Source: a virus
Taxonomy: Duplodnaviria; Caudoviricetes
Direction: 5' to 3' (one strand)
IMG/VR virus record: IMGVR_UViG_3300032227_000117
Coordinates: 1 to 26,486 of that record
Length of the DNA: 26,486 nt
Under the pieces are notes generated by a model. That model did no database searches, was not told the origin of the DNA, and saw only the letters and a list, made by a program, of their open reading frames with translations. Made by a program: the position numbers and the translations under genes. Numbering within the stretch: the stretch's first letter is position 1; each line of letters opens with the position of its first letter. Positions 16,743 through 25,474 of the stretch are shown in pieces.

Positions 16743-18280
16743 TCTACTGACTCCTCTAACCTTTCAAGGTTGCTTTCATCCAGACCGCTGTCATCTAGAT
16801 GATGTTCGACCGGTGTTTCTTCAAAATCAAACAGCCGATTGAATTGTGTTGAAGAATTAACGGTCTTCTTTCCGGTAGCACCTCGTGTTCCGATAATGCT
16901 AATCCAGAACTTGTTATAATCTTCGACAAGGGCTAATGCTTTGTCGCGATCGTCAGTCTCAAAGATTCTATCTATAATATCTCGAAAATAAAGTCTATCA
17001 AATCCATCCATGAATAACATATTCGGTATTACGTTATTATCATATTGTCTATTTGCTTCTTGAACTGAATTAATATGCATCCACACATTATGTCCCATTT
17101 GAATAGCATATGAGAAACTATCCCACGAAGTTCTACCTTCCTTGCCATTTTTATTTAGGTCGCCTGGCTTATAGATACAAACATCTTTGACTAAAGAACG
17201 TGAACTAATTGGAGAGTCAGTAAAGTTCTTAAAAATACCGTCTTGTAAAACAGCATCTTTAAATAACCGTGTATCTGTAGCATACTTCTTATTGTCTACA
17301 GAAGGAACCATTCGATATGTCCACTTCTTGTGATGTTCAGTTTCTGTTTGAATATAAACTTGTCCATTAGCAGTAGCAAGGAACGGGCTCGCACAATCAA
17401 ATGATACTGTAAAGTTCTCGTTGTGATACTTACGAACTGCTCGCTGTATGTCAGTTAACAAACATGCCCACTCTAGTTTACTTGTTCCTAGAAAATGCAT
17501 CCAGTCCTGTTTGCCCTTTTCAATTAGCCCATCGAAACGAAGAGCCACAAGACGACGTAGAACAAGATGAACATCGCACATATTTTGACCACCCATAGAC
17601 CATCCGTTGAAATGTTCGTTCGGATATATTTTAGGATCGCTATACTTTTTTTGACGATCGTACCAATCGTCGGCTTCGGTATGGTTTTCACCTTGTAAAA
17701 CATTTAAAAACTTACAACTCCCATTTCTGTTTCTAATAAAATAATCATTGTTAATGAATGTAGCGTTAACTGCTTCTTGATAAGAACTAATACCAGTTGC
17801 CTTAGCACCTGCAGGACTACGAGAAACCCACGCTGGAATATCAAGAATCATTCCATAGTCCATAAGTGAGTCCATCCAAGCAAGAACTTGTTGACGTTTC
17901 TTACTTGCCTTAGGACAGTTAGGATCTTTCCAATCGCCTTCCCACACGCCTTTACCAATCTGGAAGCCGCCACTGTCGCCTACAACAAGACTTGTTCCAT
18001 TACGCTGACGATTTCGAAACATATCTTCTTTAGGTGAATGTCTTGTAAGATCGAGATCAGCATGACCTGCTGAATACAATCCCCACTTGTAGTAAAAGTA
18101 TCCTTTCTCTGGGTCGAAGAAGTTTAATCCTTCGACACCATTATTAAATCCTGTCGGTATACGAGCAGGATCTACATAAGGACCAAAACGCTGCTTTCCG
18201 ATAAATGTAGAATAAAATGAACTAACGGCAGGAAGGAAAACCGCATAGTCATTCTGTGTTGCCGTTAAGTTCTCGTTCAT
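16739..18280 (-). CDS. tRNA/DNA-guanine transglycosylase-fold protein (DpdA-like, divergent)
   Basis: TGT motifs appear in order: GDSGGFQ, MILDIP, NVLQG, GWSMGG, MHFLG, SFDCASP and a late HN. Confidence 0.85.
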   Translation of the reverse strand: MNENLTATQNDYAVFLPAVSSFYSTFIGKQRFGPYVDPARIPTGFNNGVEGLNFFDPEKGYFYYKWGLYSAGHADLDLTRHSPKEDMFRNRQRNGTSLVVGDSGGFQIGKGVWEGDWKDPNCPKASKKRQQVLAWMDSLMDYGMILDIPAWVSRSPAGAKATGISSYQEAVNATFINNDYFIRNRNGSCKFLNVLQGENHTEADDWYDRQKKYSDPKIYPNEHFNGWSMGGQNMCDVHLVLRRLVALRFDGLIEKGKQDWMHFLGTSKLEWACLLTDIQRAVRKYHNENFTVSFDCASPFLATANGQVYIQTETEHHKKWTYRMVPSVDNKKYATDTRLFKDAVLQDGIFKNFTDSPISSRSLVKDVCIYKPGDLNKNGKEGRTSWDSFSYAIQMGHNVWMHINSVQEANRQYDNNVIPNMLFMDGFDRLYFRDIIDRIFETDDRDKALALVEDYNKFWISIIGTRGATGKKTVNSSTQFNRLFDFEETPVEHHLDDSGLDESNLERLEESVE

Positions 18281-18642
18281 AGAACATCCATTGTGAATAA
18301 CGCTCTTACATAATATTGTGAGTCAAAACGAATAGGTTTTCTAGCAAATACAACAAATCCGATATCGTCTCCAACCATAACATCTCGCATTGACTTGCCA
18401 GTTGTATAAACATCGTCAACAACTAATCGAATTTTATTATTTGGATTACAATACTTCTCTAATGCTAATTGTAGTTTAACACCACCGCGAGGAATACCAT
18501 AGACAGATCCAAATTGTGTTTTCTCACTAATCATTTTAGCAAGACATTCCCAATCATCATCTGTTAAAGCATCGCACTCGATCTTCCACTCTAGTTCATT
18601 ACTAGCATGTGAAATAAATTTACCTAGTTGAAATAAACTCAT
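18277..18642 (-). CDS. Minimal type I phosphoribosyltransferase (orotate/adenine PRT-like); start revised to MSLFQLG
   Basis: VYGIPRGG and PRPP loop LVVDDVYTTGKSM. SD GAGG at about 18650; ATGA overlap onto the TGT gene. Confidence 0.8.
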   Translation of the reverse strand: MSLFQLGKFISHASNELEWKIECDALTDDDWECLAKMISEKTQFGSVYGIPRGGVKLQLALEKYCNPNNKIRLVVDDVYTTGKSMRDVMVGDDIGFVVFARKPIRFDSQYYVRALFTMDVL

Positions 18643-18806
18643 TAATCTACCTCTATGATTGCTGCTGGATTGATACATTTATTATCTACAGGAATTCCAC
18701 CAGCATCTCTACATTTTATATTATGTGTGTATTCTCCAAGACCCCAAAAGACAATAAAAATTACTAAAAGAGCCCAGAAGATATTTTCAATCTTTTCTAT
18801 AGACAT
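18642..18806 (-). CDS. 54-aa membrane protein with a Cys pair; absent from the ORF track
   Basis: MSIEKIENIFWALLVIFIVFWGLGEYTHNIKCRDAGGIPVDNKCINPAAIIEVD*. It has a TGATG overlap with the clamp stop and a TAATG overlap with the PRT start. Confidence 0.8.
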   Translation of the reverse strand: MSIEKIENIFWALLVIFIVFWGLGEYTHNIKCRDAGGIPVDNKCINPAAIIEVD

Positions 18807-19537
18807 CACTTTGTCTGCGCCGGAATGTAATAGTTGTAAACAGCAAGTCCACTATCAACAGTAATAAGAGCAACGCCATCATCACTAAACTTAACAGTCT
18901 TGTCGCCACCTAGACCGAGTATGCTAATAAACTGAGCAATTGGATAAGACCAATTCTGTTTCAACTTACCTGTAATACCTGTCTGAAATACAAAACTACC
19001 TTCATGTGTACTAGCATCACCGAAGAATACCTTAAGATCATTATTCTCTGTCTTAACAAGGAATACTGATTCTTCAGTGTGAGCAGCAGCCTGTAGTTTC
19101 ATACGAGCAATACTTGTAACGCTTGGTTCAAACTCGACTTGCCAAGAAGCACCTTTAAACTTTACAGTCTTTAGTTTCTCGTTAATAAGAGCCTGTCCCA
19201 TTAACTTATATTCGTTCTTAAAGTCGCCAGTAGCGTTCTCGAAAAGAATCTCAACTGGTGTATCTTCACCATTGCGCTTATCCCAAACAACTTCAATATG
19301 AGCACCTTCTTTGTACTCTGGATTCTTTAAGTGTAGATCCAACTTATTAAGATTAGGCATACCAAATGTGCCAGTTACTTCCTTAACAGGGTTCTTTGTT
19401 TCAGCCTGAACAATAACTGTTCTATTCTCAGCCATTGCATCAATAGCAGTTGAATCCTTTGTGCCTGTAATTTTCACAAGATCAATTACGCCTAATGAAT
19501 GTGTATGTTCTACCAAGTCTTTTAGAAAGTCAATCAC
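18806..19537 (-). CDS. DNA polymerase sliding clamp (gp45/PCNA-like)
   Basis: 243 aa with a clamp-like alternating alpha/beta pattern (TFGMPNLNKL, C-terminal VYNYYIPA). GTG start with SD GGAGG; close to the polymerase gene. Confidence 0.75.
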   Translation of the reverse strand: MIDFLKDLVEHTHSLGVIDLVKITGTKDSTAIDAMAENRTVIVQAETKNPVKEVTGTFGMPNLNKLDLHLKNPEYKEGAHIEVVWDKRNGEDTPVEILFENATGDFKNEYKLMGQALINEKLKTVKFKGASWQVEFEPSVTSIARMKLQAAAHTEESVFLVKTENNDLKVFFGDASTHEGSFVFQTGITGKLKQNWSYPIAQFISILGLGGDKTVKFSDDGVALITVDSGLAVYNYYIPAQTK

Positions 19538-19557
19538 GATTATCCTCCATATGATAC

Positions 19558-19587
19558 ATTATACTTAGATTGCTTAGTTAAAGTCAA
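19558..19587 (-). promoter_or_regulatory. Sigma70 promoter for the clamp and the downstream modification genes
   Basis: TTGACT (19582-19587), 18 bp spacer, TATAAT (19558-19563). Confidence 0.65.
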
Positions 19588-19589
19588 TA

Positions 19590-21659
19590 TTATTTTTTTC
19601 TGTACTGTGGGTGAATAGTTTCTCTTATTATTGGTTCTGTCGTTTGCCAATCTGAAATGTTTCCAGTTTTTTCTATTCTTTGTTCGAAAGACTGATCTCC
19701 GAGTCTTTCCCTCTCTTCGATGTATTTTTCTTTTAAATAATCTTCATTTGTTCCGTGAAATAATTTGTGGTCGATTATTAAAGTATAATCACCACCTTTA
19801 TTAACATTAAAGTGAACATCGGCATAATAATTTCTTACTAACCAATCTCCAAAAAGACTTGTATCCAATTCTGGACTACATTTATAAGTAAATGTAAGTC
19901 TATTGAAGTATTTGTATAGTAGATAACACATTCCAACATATTCGTTAGCAATATTATCTGCAAGAGATTCGCTAGTAAACTGTTCAAAGTTTACATAAAA
20001 GTCTTGTTCCACATAATCTAGAACATTTTTATTTTTACCAAAGTCTAAAGTATAAAATTTATTCAAGTCTTCTGTTTCTTGTGGATTAATAATAGTACCA
20101 CTTCGATATTCTCTTAAAATTTTCAGCCAAATATACGAAAATTTTAATCTAACAAATCTTTGAATAATAGTGCTTTTAAAATTATTTGAATACCAATGAT
20201 CTAAAAATGTTTTACTATAATCATATGGATCTCCAGTTCCTACTATTCCGTAATCTCTATAATTGGTTATAATATGAGTATGATCGGCCATTGTAAATGT
20301 ATGACCGAGGCTAATAGTTTCAAGCCATTTGCGAACATTATATAATAATTGCATATTGTGGAAGAAGTCGACTGCTTCTTCTGTAGGGAACCCAACCATC
20401 CAACTAGCGTGATTAAATAATCCTGCTTGTCTAGCATCTCGTAAATTTTGTTCTACTTCCCATACCTCTACTTTTTTTCGCATATCGTTAAGGATCTTTT
20501 GACTGCCAGTCTCAACTCCAAACGCTAAAGCCGTACATCCAGAGGCTACGGCTTTTCTTATAAAAATAAGATCCATTCTACCGTCGCATCTTGCCATAAC
20601 ATGCCATCTAATTCCTAATTTTCTTTTTAAAAGTTCTTCGATAAAATCTCCGAAGTTTTTAACGTTACCATTTGCAAGACTATCAACAAACCAAAATCTT
20701 TTTACCTTATAAGTTTTAACATAATGTTCAATTTCATCTACTATTCTAACAGGATTTAAACTTCTGAATTTCCAAAAATGTGTTTCAGCACAAAAGCTAC
20801 ATTTGGCAATACAACCTCTAGATGTTTCCATACTAACACCATGGTCTGTGTAGTTGCGTATATCATAGTCGCTATAATCAGCAAATGGGTATTCATCTAG
20901 ATTAAGTCTACTATTAGTGCTGCCTATAATTTCATTCATAGGATATTCTTCAGGTAAATTTTCTAAAACATTTATTAGATTTTCTTCAGATTCTCCCACA
21001 AACACGTAATTAAATAAATTGTAAGCAGATCCCCCTTCCTTAAAGTCATTAGTATGTGTGAGGGGTTCTGGTCCTCCTGCAAGAATACAAATATCTGGAT
21101 TTTTTTTACGAAGTTCCTTGGCCATATATGTAGCAGCATGAATACTGGTATAATACATACTCATTCCAACGACTCGAACATTTGAATCTATAATGTCGTT
21201 AACTGTCTTATCTAATATAAATTTTAAATCTGGTAAAAGGAAATTTTCAAATTTTTCTTTAATAGACCACAAGAAATGTCGACCTATTTCCCAATAATCT
21301 TGTCCGTGGTTTTCAAGAAACCAATAGTACGACTCTACATTAATATCGTATACCTTAACACTATAATCATACATTCTCATTAATGCAGTTAATTTTGCTG
21401 TTCCGTATGGAGGAAATGTAACAGTCCATGCGGGAGGAACGATCATAGCTATTCTAAATTTGTCAGTAGGAGACCAGTTAATAATAGGATTTTTAAAAGT
21501 AAGGTTTCTATTTTTTTGTAAATCTTTATCTTCTTCTAAAAATCTTTCTATTAATATTTGATCACGATTACCAGCATATTCTTTTTTTGCCTTAGCTTCT
21601 TCATCTCGAAGACTCTCCATAGTTTTTTGAGCTATTTCTTTTTTAGATATATTACTCAT
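19590..21659 (-). CDS. Cobalamin-binding-domain radical SAM protein (class B-like); start revised to MSNISKK
   Basis: PPYGTAKL, VVGMS, LAGGPEP and FVGESE (B12-binding domain), TSRGCIAKCSFC (CX3CX2C), FGVETGS and MVGFPTE. SD AAGGA at 21667-21671. Confidence 0.88.
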   Translation of the reverse strand: MSNISKKEIAQKTMESLRDEEAKAKKEYAGNRDQILIERFLEEDKDLQKNRNLTFKNPIINWSPTDKFRIAMIVPPAWTVTFPPYGTAKLTALMRMYDYSVKVYDINVESYYWFLENHGQDYWEIGRHFLWSIKEKFENFLLPDLKFILDKTVNDIIDSNVRVVGMSMYYTSIHAATYMAKELRKKNPDICILAGGPEPLTHTNDFKEGGSAYNLFNYVFVGESEENLINVLENLPEEYPMNEIIGSTNSRLNLDEYPFADYSDYDIRNYTDHGVSMETSRGCIAKCSFCAETHFWKFRSLNPVRIVDEIEHYVKTYKVKRFWFVDSLANGNVKNFGDFIEELLKRKLGIRWHVMARCDGRMDLIFIRKAVASGCTALAFGVETGSQKILNDMRKKVEVWEVEQNLRDARQAGLFNHASWMVGFPTEEAVDFFHNMQLLYNVRKWLETISLGHTFTMADHTHIITNYRDYGIVGTGDPYDYSKTFLDHWYSNNFKSTIIQRFVRLKFSYIWLKILREYRSGTIINPQETEDLNKFYTLDFGKNKNVLDYVEQDFYVNFEQFTSESLADNIANEYVGMCYLLYKYFNRLTFTYKCSPELDTSLFGDWLVRNYYADVHFNVNKGGDYTLIIDHKLFHGTNEDYLKEKYIEERERLGDQSFEQRIEKTGNISDWQTTEPIIRETIHPQYRKK

Positions 21660-21669
21660 TAAATATTCC

Positions 21670-24339
21670 TTAATCAAAATCAAATAATTTATTAAATGTT
21701 GTTTTTTCTTCAGTACTACTTAGATCCCAATCCAAGACGCCGATAAGATTACTTAACTTATTATCAATAATAGTTGATTCCATTTCAGCATCATCAAACG
21801 GTAAATCTTTAAACCATTGTGGCAATCTTAACTCATCAACTGGATAAGCAACAGATGTAAAGCCCATTGGGTTATGCTTTAATTTACAAACAATAACTTT
21901 AGCACCGTCGCTGATGTTAATGGAATAGTTGTCGTTATACATTTTCTTCAGTGTATTCCAGTTAATACTTGCTCTAACATGTCCTGGCATATTTGCCTTG
22001 CCAGCTTTTTGTTCTTTTCTCTGATACTCAGTAATATTGTTTGCTCGCTTGGGAGATCCTTTTTCCCAACCGGGTCTACTCTTAAAGTCGATACGGAACT
22101 TTGTAATCATGTCGAGAATTTCTTCCTCCTCAGCATTATTTAAAACACGTTCGAGAATTTTACTTAAAAACTCTTGCATGAATTCTGGAGTATCAGATCT
22201 TTTAAGATCTAAACCCATTGCCTTGATCTTACCAGCTTTGCCTTCGACATCCATTCTCTTACCTTCTGAATCGTAATAGAGAACAGCATAACGCTTTTTA
22301 GTAATGAACAAGCCTTTACTGCCAACAATCTCTCGACCAGCCTTGATAACATCACCACGACTCTTTGGACAGTGAAAGGAGTTTAACATGAATGTGGAAA
22401 ATGTTCCATTCACTTCATCCGATATTTGATCATAAAGACTAATAATATTGTCTTTGCTCCAAGGAATGTTTCCGGATTCGATATCTTTCTTTAGAACATT
22501 ATATGCCGAGAAGTAAACAGAGTCAGTATCACCATAAATGATACTCTTACCAATGTGATCATAATCACCTGCTATAATTTCATTAACCTTACTAGCCATA
22601 TGCTTGGCAACCTGTCTACCAACAAGTGTAGTTGATTGTCCAATACGTTTATCAAAGAAGCGACATCCAGGATTAAGAATAGCACCATACAAACTATTTA
22701 GGTTAATCTTTTTAACTAATTGACGTTTATCCCAAAATGCATATTCTACTTTGTTGTCTGCCTTTAGAGCATCTTTAGCCTTTGCCTGTAGTTCTTTACG
22801 TTCAGCATACCAACGCTTTAGTAGTCCGGGAATAACACCTTCATATTCATGTGTAAAGATTGTGCCATTAGAAGTAAGCATCCAAGGATTGTGGCTGTCA
22901 AAGATTAGTTTATGAATCTCTGCTCCACTCATTACAGTTGATTCACCATTCTCCCAATCAACTGTAATTTCTTGTGCCTTATCTTTTTCCATAACCCAAT
23001 CGTATTCAAATGTGCCAAACATACCTTCCCATGCTGCCGCAAAAGTCTTTTTATGTAGACGCATTTGTGTTTCAATATGTTCGTCTGTAGCAGTTGATCT
23101 TAATTGACCAACGATTGTTTCTGGAGCCATGTTCAATGCTCTAATTGCAGACGGGTACAGTGAGTTAATATCCATACTGCCGATCCAATCGTGTAAACCT
23201 TTCTTTGGATACGCAACATATGCACCAGCAGCTTGTGTGTTTTCGCTTTCGTCTCTCTTTGGACGATTCGGAACAATTAGTCCACGACGATGTGCCTCAT
23301 TAATTATTGCTTGCTCAGTGACAGCAACGGCTCCCATTGTTGTTTGTAGTAAAACAGTATTAGCATGAGCAAGCTCGTTACTTAAATCGATGAACTTTAA
23401 TTTGTCATCTAGTTTATTAAGTAGTGCAACGTCTTGTCTGTTATATTCAATAAACGTTCTAAAGTCATTATTATATAATTGATCAAGTGTGCCTTCGTAA
23501 ACAGTCTTACGTTCGCCGATTTCCATTTCGCCGATAGCATCGAGACGATATGTATGTCTTTCTTCGTAAGTGTATTTTCTATAAAGTTCTAAACTATCAA
23601 GATGAACACGCCCAACAAAGTCATAAGTTGCCATTTGGCGACCATATTTTTCGAACTCACGTTTCTTTGGAAATTGATCCCACAAGCAGAAGCGTCTTGT
23701 ATCTTCTTTGCTTAATACACGAGCAACACGATTGACTGTATAAGGAACGTCGTATCCCTCACTGTTCCAACCGCTAATAATATCTGCGTCATCAATTAAG
23801 TCTAAGAATGTTTCAAGCATATCTGCTTCACGTTCGAAGATAAAACAATCTTCAAACTCGGCACATATTTCTTGTGCTTGTTCGACGGATAACTTCTTTG
23901 GAGGAACAGCAAGTGTTACAAGTCTGTTAAGCCATTTAAGATGTACCGAAATAGCAGTAATGCCCATAAAAGGATCACTAGGATCAGCAAAGCCCCGCTC
24001 GGGGTCGAAATCAGTCTCAATATCGAAGAAAGCAATGTGTAATTCCGGTGCGTCAATATTTAAATAGTTTTCCTCAAGACATCTAAAAATTGGATTGATG
24101 TCACTTTCGTATTGTCTCTTACCGGAATGTATTTTAAGTTCTTTATGAAAATCTTTTTGATTACGAGCAGACACTCGCCCTAATTTTTCTCCATAGACGC
24201 TTTCATATTTGCCTTTAGCATCTGGATAATAAAAAACATAACGGGCAGGATATTCTCTATAATGTCTCTTGCCGTCTTGTCTTTCTACAATTTTAATTTG
24301 ATCATTATTTCGGTCAAAGATACCGTCTACGTAACTCAT
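21670..24339 (-). CDS. Family B DNA polymerase (T4 gp43-like)
   Basis: Exonuclease motifs FDIET, WNSEGYD and YNRQD; polymerase motifs MDINSLYPS, KKINLNSLYG, YGDTDS and KKRY. Confidence 0.97.
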   Translation of the reverse strand: MSYVDGIFDRNNDQIKIVERQDGKRHYREYPARYVFYYPDAKGKYESVYGEKLGRVSARNQKDFHKELKIHSGKRQYESDINPIFRCLEENYLNIDAPELHIAFFDIETDFDPERGFADPSDPFMGITAISVHLKWLNRLVTLAVPPKKLSVEQAQEICAEFEDCFIFEREADMLETFLDLIDDADIISGWNSEGYDVPYTVNRVARVLSKEDTRRFCLWDQFPKKREFEKYGRQMATYDFVGRVHLDSLELYRKYTYEERHTYRLDAIGEMEIGERKTVYEGTLDQLYNNDFRTFIEYNRQDVALLNKLDDKLKFIDLSNELAHANTVLLQTTMGAVAVTEQAIINEAHRRGLIVPNRPKRDESENTQAAGAYVAYPKKGLHDWIGSMDINSLYPSAIRALNMAPETIVGQLRSTATDEHIETQMRLHKKTFAAAWEGMFGTFEYDWVMEKDKAQEITVDWENGESTVMSGAEIHKLIFDSHNPWMLTSNGTIFTHEYEGVIPGLLKRWYAERKELQAKAKDALKADNKVEYAFWDKRQLVKKINLNSLYGAILNPGCRFFDKRIGQSTTLVGRQVAKHMASKVNEIIAGDYDHIGKSIIYGDTDSVYFSAYNVLKKDIESGNIPWSKDNIISLYDQISDEVNGTFSTFMLNSFHCPKSRGDVIKAGREIVGSKGLFITKKRYAVLYYDSEGKRMDVEGKAGKIKAMGLDLKRSDTPEFMQEFLSKILERVLNNAEEEEILDMITKFRIDFKSRPGWEKGSPKRANNITEYQRKEQKAGKANMPGHVRASINWNTLKKMYNDNYSINISDGAKVIVCKLKHNPMGFTSVAYPVDELRLPQWFKDLPFDDAEMESTIIDNKLSNLIGVLDWDLSSTEEKTTFNKLFDFD

Positions 24340-24344
24340 ACTTT

Positions 24345-24393
24345 CTCCCGCGACTTGTGGCTCGCATACCTTCTACATGTTGCTTAAGGCAAC
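24345..24393 (-). promoter_or_regulatory. Two hairpins in the polymerase leader, one abutting the SD (candidate translational operator)
   Basis: RNA GUUGC-CUUAA-GCAAC, then UGCGA-GCCACAAG-UCGCG followed directly by GGAG. Confidence 0.4.
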
Positions 24394-24398
24394 GACTC

Positions 24399-24623
24399 TT
24401 AATGAAATAAACCAGCAATAAAAATAATATTAACACCAAGATTAGTTAGTATTATAGTTTTTTCTTTCCAAAGTAAACCTATAATAATCCAAAGAGTATT
24501 TGAAAAGATATATCCATAAGCATACCACGGATAGAGATTAAGAGAAGCCATAGCAGAAGAAGTGAGAACACAAATAACTCCAATCCACGCTAACCACTGA
24601 TATGGTTTCTCGTCTGTTGTCAA
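24399..24623 (-). CDS. Small multi-pass membrane protein
   Basis: Three hydrophobic segments; TTG start overlapping the upstream TGA. Confidence 0.7.
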   Translation of the reverse strand: MTTDEKPYQWLAWIGVICVLTSSAMASLNLYPWYAYGYIFSNTLWIIIGLLWKEKTIILTNLGVNIIFIAGLFH

Positions 24624-24877
24624 TGATCACGGCCTGTTGTAACTAGAATGTTTTCTAGTTCTTCCATTTCAGACTGAGCCTCACCCCAATTACGCTTATA
24701 AGCAACATTAACTGCCTTTGAAAGCAATGAAGGCTTTATATCTAATTCCTCAGCAATTGACTTAATAGTATCACGAAGACCACCCTTAAGATCGTCAACT
24801 TCTTGTAGTACTGCTACACCTTGGTCAATGACACTCAAAAGTTTGGCCTTTTCTTCAGGCCCGTAAGTACGACTCAT
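24620..24877 (-). CDS. Small dsDNA-binding protein (T4 DsbA / GapR-like)
   Basis: 85 aa helical protein (LKGGLRDTIKSIAEELDIKPSLLSKAV) with strong SD AAGGAG. Confidence 0.55.
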   Translation of the reverse strand: MSRTYGPEEKAKLLSVIDQGVAVLQEVDDLKGGLRDTIKSIAEELDIKPSLLSKAVNVAYKRNWGEAQSEMEELENILVTTGRDH

Positions 24878-24898
24878 TTATATCTCCTTATTTTTACA

Positions 24899-25474
24899 TT
24901 ATAACATCTCGTCTTCTAAATTCCAAGTAAGACTTGAGTCACTTTTTATCAATTTTACACGATCTTCGAAATCAAAACCAATTTTAAGAACTTTATCACC
25001 TATCATATAATCAGCGGGACTTGCTCCCCATGTTTTGGTCCAATCAACTAATTTTCTAGCACCGCTAGGTTTTAAAATATAAGCATGAGCACCTTCGTGC
25101 CAAACACCAGTAGAAGCAGGTTTGGTTGTTCTAAAACCATCCAATTTAAGAACATCGCAATCCTTTAGTGAGATCGGTGGACTTTTTCTAAAAACTATAT
25201 CACTTTCAAAAATACCTATTGTTTTATCTAATTCTAAACATTTTAGCCAAAGAGCATAGTGACTCATAAAGCATCCACGCACTCCTGCTCGAGCAAATTG
25301 TTGAGTACCTTTTGGATAGCGTTGATCTATCTTATAAGGGAATCGATGACTTCTACCATCAAATCCAGGAAATAGTTCTATGTCCCAGTGATGTTTATTA
25401 GCACTTTCTACTAAAGTAGGTAAGTGTTCTTCGGTCTTTTTATGACCTACTAGATAGATGATAAAAGATAACAT
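24899..25474 (-). CDS. Glycosyltransferase family 25-like; start probably MLSFIIYL
   Basis: FPGFDG, GCFMSHYALW, IFESD, GAHAYIL..SGARKL and PADY. Confidence 0.82.
   Translation of the reverse strand: MLSFIIYLVGHKKTEEHLPTLVESANKHHWDIELFPGFDGRSHRFPYKIDQRYPKGTQQFARAGVRGCFMSHYALWLKCLELDKTIGIFESDIVFRKSPPISLKDCDVLKLDGFRTTKPASTGVWHEGAHAYILKPSGARKLVDWTKTWGASPADYMIGDKVLKIGFDFEDRVKLIKSDSSLTWNLEDEML

Noticed and set aside
16739-18280. Host-type tRNA queuosine operon
   Set aside because: There is no queA, queC, queF or queG, the TGT lacks the zinc motif, and the context is phage replication genes.
2524-23735. Plus-strand ORFs (2524, 3356, 4331, 6612, 7653, 9735, 10273, 11095, 13627, 14105, 18655, 22037, 23129, 23550) and nested minus ORFs 9586..9888 and 10059..10646
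   Set aside because: They overlap better-supported minus-strand genes and show no recognisable motifs.
21670-24339. Intein, intron or split in the DNA polymerase
   Set aside because: The ORF is a continuous 889 aa with normal motif spacing and no splice or homing-endonuclease motifs.
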